The notes under the pieces were generated by a model. The model did no database searches. It was not told the origin of the DNA and worked only from the letters and a program-made list of their open reading frames with translations. From Terriglobia bacterium (lineage in GTDB: Bacteria > Acidobacteriota > Terriglobia > Acidiferrales > UBA7541), in assembly GCA_963695545.1 (NCBI GenBank), contig OY968796.1, positions 2,624,001 through 2,688,000 of the forward strand: a stretch of 64,000 nt of DNA. Direction: 5' to 3'. The position numbers were made by a program, and so were the translations under genes. How positions within the stretch are numbered: the stretch's first letter is position 1; each line of letters opens with the position of its first letter. This document shows, piece after piece, positions 60,152 to 64,000 of the stretch.

Positions 60152-62695
60152 ATGAGCGAGGAAACACCCGCCAGAAGCTTGATCAATAAATTTCTACCCG
60201 TGGATGTGCCCGGATTCGATTCGCTCGCAGAACTTGCACTTGATCTGCGCTGGTCGTGGACCCGCGCCACCGATGAACTTTGGCGCACGCTCGATCCCGT
60301 GCTCTGGGAACTCACGCAAAATCCTTGGGTCGTGCTGCAAACGGCGTCGCGCGAACGAATCGAGCGCATGCTGGCGGATCCCGCTTTTCGCAAGAACCTT
60401 GACGATTTGCTCCACGCCAAGCGCCTCGCTGCTGCTACGCCCGCGTGGTTTCAGCAGGCGCATACGCAATCACCTTTGACTTGCGTCGCGTACTTCAGCA
60501 TGGAATTCATGTTGAGCGAAGCGCTCCCAATTTATTCCGGAGGACTCGGAAATGTCGCCGGCGATCAACTCAAAGCCGCCAGCGATTTGGGCGTCCCGGT
60601 GGTTGGCGTCGGCCTGCTCTATCAGCAAGGATATTTCCGCCAAGTGATCGATAAAAGCGGAGCGCAACAGGCCCTTTACCCCTACAACGATCCCGGACAA
60701 TTGCCGATCACGCCGGTGCGCCTTCCGAACGGCGAATGGTTGCGCCTGGAGCTCGCTCTGCCTGGCTATTCGGTCTGGGCGCGCGCCTGGCAGGTTCAGG
60801 TCGGTCGAGCCAAGCTCTACCTGCTCGATAGCAATGACGACGCGACCTTTCCCACTCATCGCGGCATTGCGAGCGAACTCTACGGTGGCGGTCCGGAGCT
60901 GCGCCTGCAACAGGAACTCCTTCTCGGCATTGGCGGCTGGCGCATGCTCGGCGCGCTGGGCATCAAGCCGGAAGTGTGCCATTTGAACGAAGGCCACGCG
61001 GCCTTCGCCACGCTCGAGCGCGCTAGAAATTTCATGGAGGAAAATGCGCAGCCGTTTGAGGTCGCGCTGGCCGCCACGCGAGCGGGCAACCTCTTCACCA
61101 CGCACACTGCGGTGGCCGCCGGCTTTGATCGTTTCACGCCCGATCTGATCGAAAAATATCTCAAACACTACTCCGAGACGAAACTCGGCATATCGCTCCG
61201 CGATTTCTTGGCTCTCGGCCGCGAAAATCCCGACGACCCGTCCGAGACTTTCAACATGGCCTATCTCGCAATCCGAGGCAGCCATGCTGTGAATGGCGTG
61301 AGTCGCCTGCACGGAGAAGTGAGCCGCCGCCTCTTTGAACCTCTTTTCCCGCGCTGGCCGCAGGACGAAGTGCCCGTCGGTCACGTGACCAACGGCGTGC
61401 ACATGCCCACATGGGATTCTCCGGTCGCCCACGATCTCTGGACCGAGGCCTGCGGAAAAGACCATTGGCAAGGGCCGATAGAATGCCTCGAGCCGAAAAT
61501 TCGCAAAATCTCCGACGCCAAGCTCTGGCAATTACGCACCGCCTCCAGCAAGGCTCTTGTTGAATATGCCCGCGATCGATTGTCCCGGCAGTTGGCTGCC
61601 AGAGATTTCCCGCCCGACGCGGTCGAGCGCGCCAAGCACCTGTTCGATCCCAACATTCTGACGCTCGGCTTCGCGCGGCGCTTCGCCACGTACAAGCGAC
61701 CCAACCTCCTTTTGCGCGATCGCGATCGTCTGCTCCGCCTATTGAGCAATTCCGAGCGCCCCGTGCAACTGATCATCGCCGGAAAGGCGCATCCCGCGGA
61801 CCAGGCCGGCCAGGCCCTCGTTCAAGAATGGGTTCTTTTCATTCGTCGGCCCGAAGTTCGCCCCCACGCAATCTTCCTCAGCGATTACGACATGGAGTTG
61901 ACGCAACAATTGGTTCAGGGCGTCGACGTCTGGATCAACACGCCGCGCCGGCCCTGGGAAGCTTGCGGCACGAGCGGCATGAAGGTGCTCGTCAACGGCG
62001 GCATTAACCTCTCCGAATTGGATGGCTGGTGGGCCGAGGCATACGCGCCTGCAGTGGGCTGGGCAATTGGCGACGGCCAAGAGCACGGCGATGATCCCGC
62101 CTGGGACGCGGCCGACGCCGAAAGTCTTTACGAGCGCCTCGAGCGCGAGGTAATCCCGGAATTTTACACACGAGACGCGAGCGGCATTCCCACCGCATGG
62201 GTCAATCGCATGCGTGAAAGCATGGCGCAACTGACGCCGCGTTTTTCCGCGCACCGCGCGGTTCACGAATACACCGAGCAACGCTACGTCCCTGCTGCTA
62301 ACGCCTACCAGGAGCGCGCCGCGAATAAAGGCGCGGTGGGCAAGCAAATCGCGGATTGGGAGCACAACCTCGAACAGAAATGGTCCGCGCTGCGCTTCGG
62401 CGAAGTGAACGTTCAAACGCAAGGCGACCAGTATCTCTTTCACGTCCAGGTCTTTCTCAACGATCTCGATCCGCAGGCGGTGCGCGTTGAACTTTACGCG
62501 GACGGAACGAGCGGCGGCGATCCCGTGCGCCAGGAAATGAAGTGCGCGCGACAAATTGCCGAATCCCACGCCTGCGTTTTTCAGGCGGCCGTGCCCGCCA
62601 CGCGTCCGGCGAGTGACTACACGCCGCGCTTGATTCCTTATCATTCCGGAGTGGCCGTGCCCTTGGAGACCGCTCGAATCATTTGGCAGCGATAA
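60152..62695 (+). CDS. glgP: Alpha-glucan (glycogen) phosphorylase
   Basis: YFSMEF, YSGGLG, HLNEGH, FARRFATYKR, AGKAHP and EACGTSGMK (PLP lysine). Confidence 0.95.
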   Translation: MSEETPARSLINKFLPVDVPGFDSLAELALDLRWSWTRATDELWRTLDPVLWELTQNPWVVLQTASRERIERMLADPAFRKNLDDLLHAKRLAAATPAWFQQAHTQSPLTCVAYFSMEFMLSEALPIYSGGLGNVAGDQLKAASDLGVPVVGVGLLYQQGYFRQVIDKSGAQQALYPYNDPGQLPITPVRLPNGEWLRLELALPGYSVWARAWQVQVGRAKLYLLDSNDDATFPTHRGIASELYGGGPELRLQQELLLGIGGWRMLGALGIKPEVCHLNEGHAAFATLERARNFMEENAQPFEVALAATRAGNLFTTHTAVAAGFDRFTPDLIEKYLKHYSETKLGISLRDFLALGRENPDDPSETFNMAYLAIRGSHAVNGVSRLHGEVSRRLFEPLFPRWPQDEVPVGHVTNGVHMPTWDSPVAHDLWTEACGKDHWQGPIECLEPKIRKISDAKLWQLRTASSKALVEYARDRLSRQLAARDFPPDAVERAKHLFDPNILTLGFARRFATYKRPNLLLRDRDRLLRLLSNSERPVQLIIAGKAHPADQAGQALVQEWVLFIRRPEVRPHAIFLSDYDMELTQQLVQGVDVWINTPRRPWEACGTSGMKVLVNGGINLSELDGWWAEAYAPAVGWAIGDGQEHGDDPAWDAADAESLYERLEREVIPEFYTRDASGIPTAWVNRMRESMAQLTPRFSAHRAVHEYTEQRYVPAANAYQERAANKGAVGKQIADWEHNLEQKWSALRFGEVNVQTQGDQYLFHVQVFLNDLDPQAVRVELYADGTSGGDPVRQEMKCARQIAESHACVFQAAVPATRPASDYTPRLIPYHSGVAVPLETARIIWQR

Positions 62696-62707
62696 AGAAC
62701 TGACAAA

Positions 62708-64000
62708 ATGACCAAACCCCCCGAACGCGATTTGCCGGGTTACATCTCGGAACTTTCCGAGCGCGGCGACCTGGACGAGGGCTCTCCGCTGCCCTTGGGT
62801 ACGGAAGAAACGGCGGGCGGCGTAAATTTCGCCATTTTCAGCCGCCACGCCACGCGGGTTCGATTGGAATTGTTTGATTATCCCGGCGACGCATCTCCCG
62901 CCCGGGCAATCGATCTGGATCCAGCGCGCAATCGCACCGGTGACGTTTGGCACGTCTGGGTGAAGGGAATCGACCGCGGACAACTCTATGGTTATCGCGT
63001 CGATGGCCCCTACGAACCCAGCGCGGGACATCGCTTCAATCCTAAGAAACTTCTGCTTGATCCCCGCGCCACTGCTATTTCGCGCCCGCCCTCTTGGGAT
63101 TTTCCATCAGCGCTTGGATACGATCCGTCCTCGCCGGATCTCGATTTGACCCCTTCGACGCAGGATAATTCCGCGTCCATGCCGAAATGCGTTTTTGTCA
63201 ACGATCTCTTCGAGTGGAATGGAGACGAGCCGCTCCGTCATTCGTGGTCGAAGACCGTCATTTACGAAATGCATGTTCGCGGTTTTACGATTAATCCCAA
63301 TTCCGGCGCGGAACATCGCGGAACTTATCGCGGCGTGACGGAAAAAATTCCTTACCTCAAATCCATCGGAGTGACTGCCGTAGAGTTGATGCCTGTTCTC
63401 GAGTTTAACGAATCGTCGGTGACGCGCACGAATCCGCAATCCGGTCAGCGTCTCTGCAATTACTGGGGCTACGATCCGATTGTCTTCTTGGCGCCCAAAG
63501 CCTCCTACAGCAGCGCGGGCGGCGTGGGCCAGCAGAAATTGGAATTCAAGGAAATGGTCCGCGCCCTTCATAGCGCCGGCATCGAAGTGATTCTGGACAT
63601 GGTCTTCAACCACACGGCGGAGGGAAATGAGCTGGGCCCCACGCTCTGCTTCCGAGGCCTCGACAATGTCATCGGCTACATGCTCGCGGACGACAAACGC
63701 TACTACAGGGACTACACCGGCACAGGCAACACCGTCAATGCCAATCACCCCGTGGTGCGCGACCACATCCTGGAAGCCCTTCGTTACTGGACGGTCGAAA
63801 TGCACGTCGATGGATATCGTTTTGACTTGGCCGCCGTGCTCGGCCGCGGGCGAACAGGAAACTTGCTTCGGAATCCGCCGCTCCTGGCGGTAATCGCGGA
63901 GGATCCGGTCTTGCGCGATGTGAAGCTCATCGCCGAAGCCTGGGACGCCGCCGGTGCCTACGAGGTCGGCAGTTTCGCACAGCGGCGCTGGGCCGAATGG
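62708..64000 (+). CDS. glgX: Glycogen debranching enzyme (GH13), truncated by window end
   Basis: Hand translation: MTKPPE...PLPLG...GVNFAIFSRHA, LLLDP, IYEMHVRGFT, NYWGY, LDMVFNHT, DYTGTGNT, DGYRFDLA and LIAEAWD. Confidence 0.94.
   Translation, partial: MTKPPERDLPGYISELSERGDLDEGSPLPLGTEETAGGVNFAIFSRHATRVRLELFDYPGDASPARAIDLDPARNRTGDVWHVWVKGIDRGQLYGYRVDGPYEPSAGHRFNPKKLLLDPRATAISRPPSWDFPSALGYDPSSPDLDLTPSTQDNSASMPKCVFVNDLFEWNGDEPLRHSWSKTVIYEMHVRGFTINPNSGAEHRGTYRGVTEKIPYLKSIGVTAVELMPVLEFNESSVTRTNPQSGQRLCNYWGYDPIVFLAPKASYSSAGGVGQQKLEFKEMVRALHSAGIEVILDMVFNHTAEGNELGPTLCFRGLDNVIGYMLADDKRYYRDYTGTGNTVNANHPVVRDHILEALRYWTVEMHVDGYRFDLAAVLGRGRTGNLLRNPPLLAVIAEDPVLRDVKLIAEAWDAAGAYEVGSFAQRRWAEW

Overview
This is a GC-rich bacterial chromosomal window. 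The Oar-type TonB-dependent receptors, many Tat-exported glycosidases and CRTAC1/TPR/multiheme genes suggest an Acidobacteriota-like organism (inference). From left to right it holds five blocks. (1) A partial sigma54-dependent NtrC-family regulator, small hypotheticals, a Tat-signalled mannonate dehydratase-like gene, a TylF-like methyltransferase and divergent tRNA-Gln/tRNA-Ser. (2) A ~43 kb fucose/glycan utilisation region with three GH29, one GH29-like, one GH95-like, an L-fucose dehydrogenase-like SDR, DUF5696-like and GH28-like genes and two TonB-dependent receptors. It encloses an uncharacterised module of three CRTAC1/ASPIC proteins, two multiheme cytochrome c-TPR proteins, a TPR protein, an SCO/CusF protein and LacI. 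(3) ppa. (4) An MlaEFD/PqiC-type transporter operon bracketed by an RsbW-like kinase, a STAS protein and a PAS-PP2C phosphatase. (5) HdeD, an NRAMP-like transporter and pgm-glgP-glgX. Four signals stand out. First, a membrane-anchored wHTH-like regulator is flanked by two inverted copies of an outward-facing promoter, each with five GTATC boxes at exact 11-bp pitch. Second, a complete partner-switch set is embedded in an MCE transporter operon with no sigma factor. Third, the CRTAC1/multiheme module sits inside the glycan locus. Fourth, a diverged promoter-bearing element with a leaderless ORF occurs twice in inverted orientation. All family assignments come from motifs recognised by eye; no database search was run.
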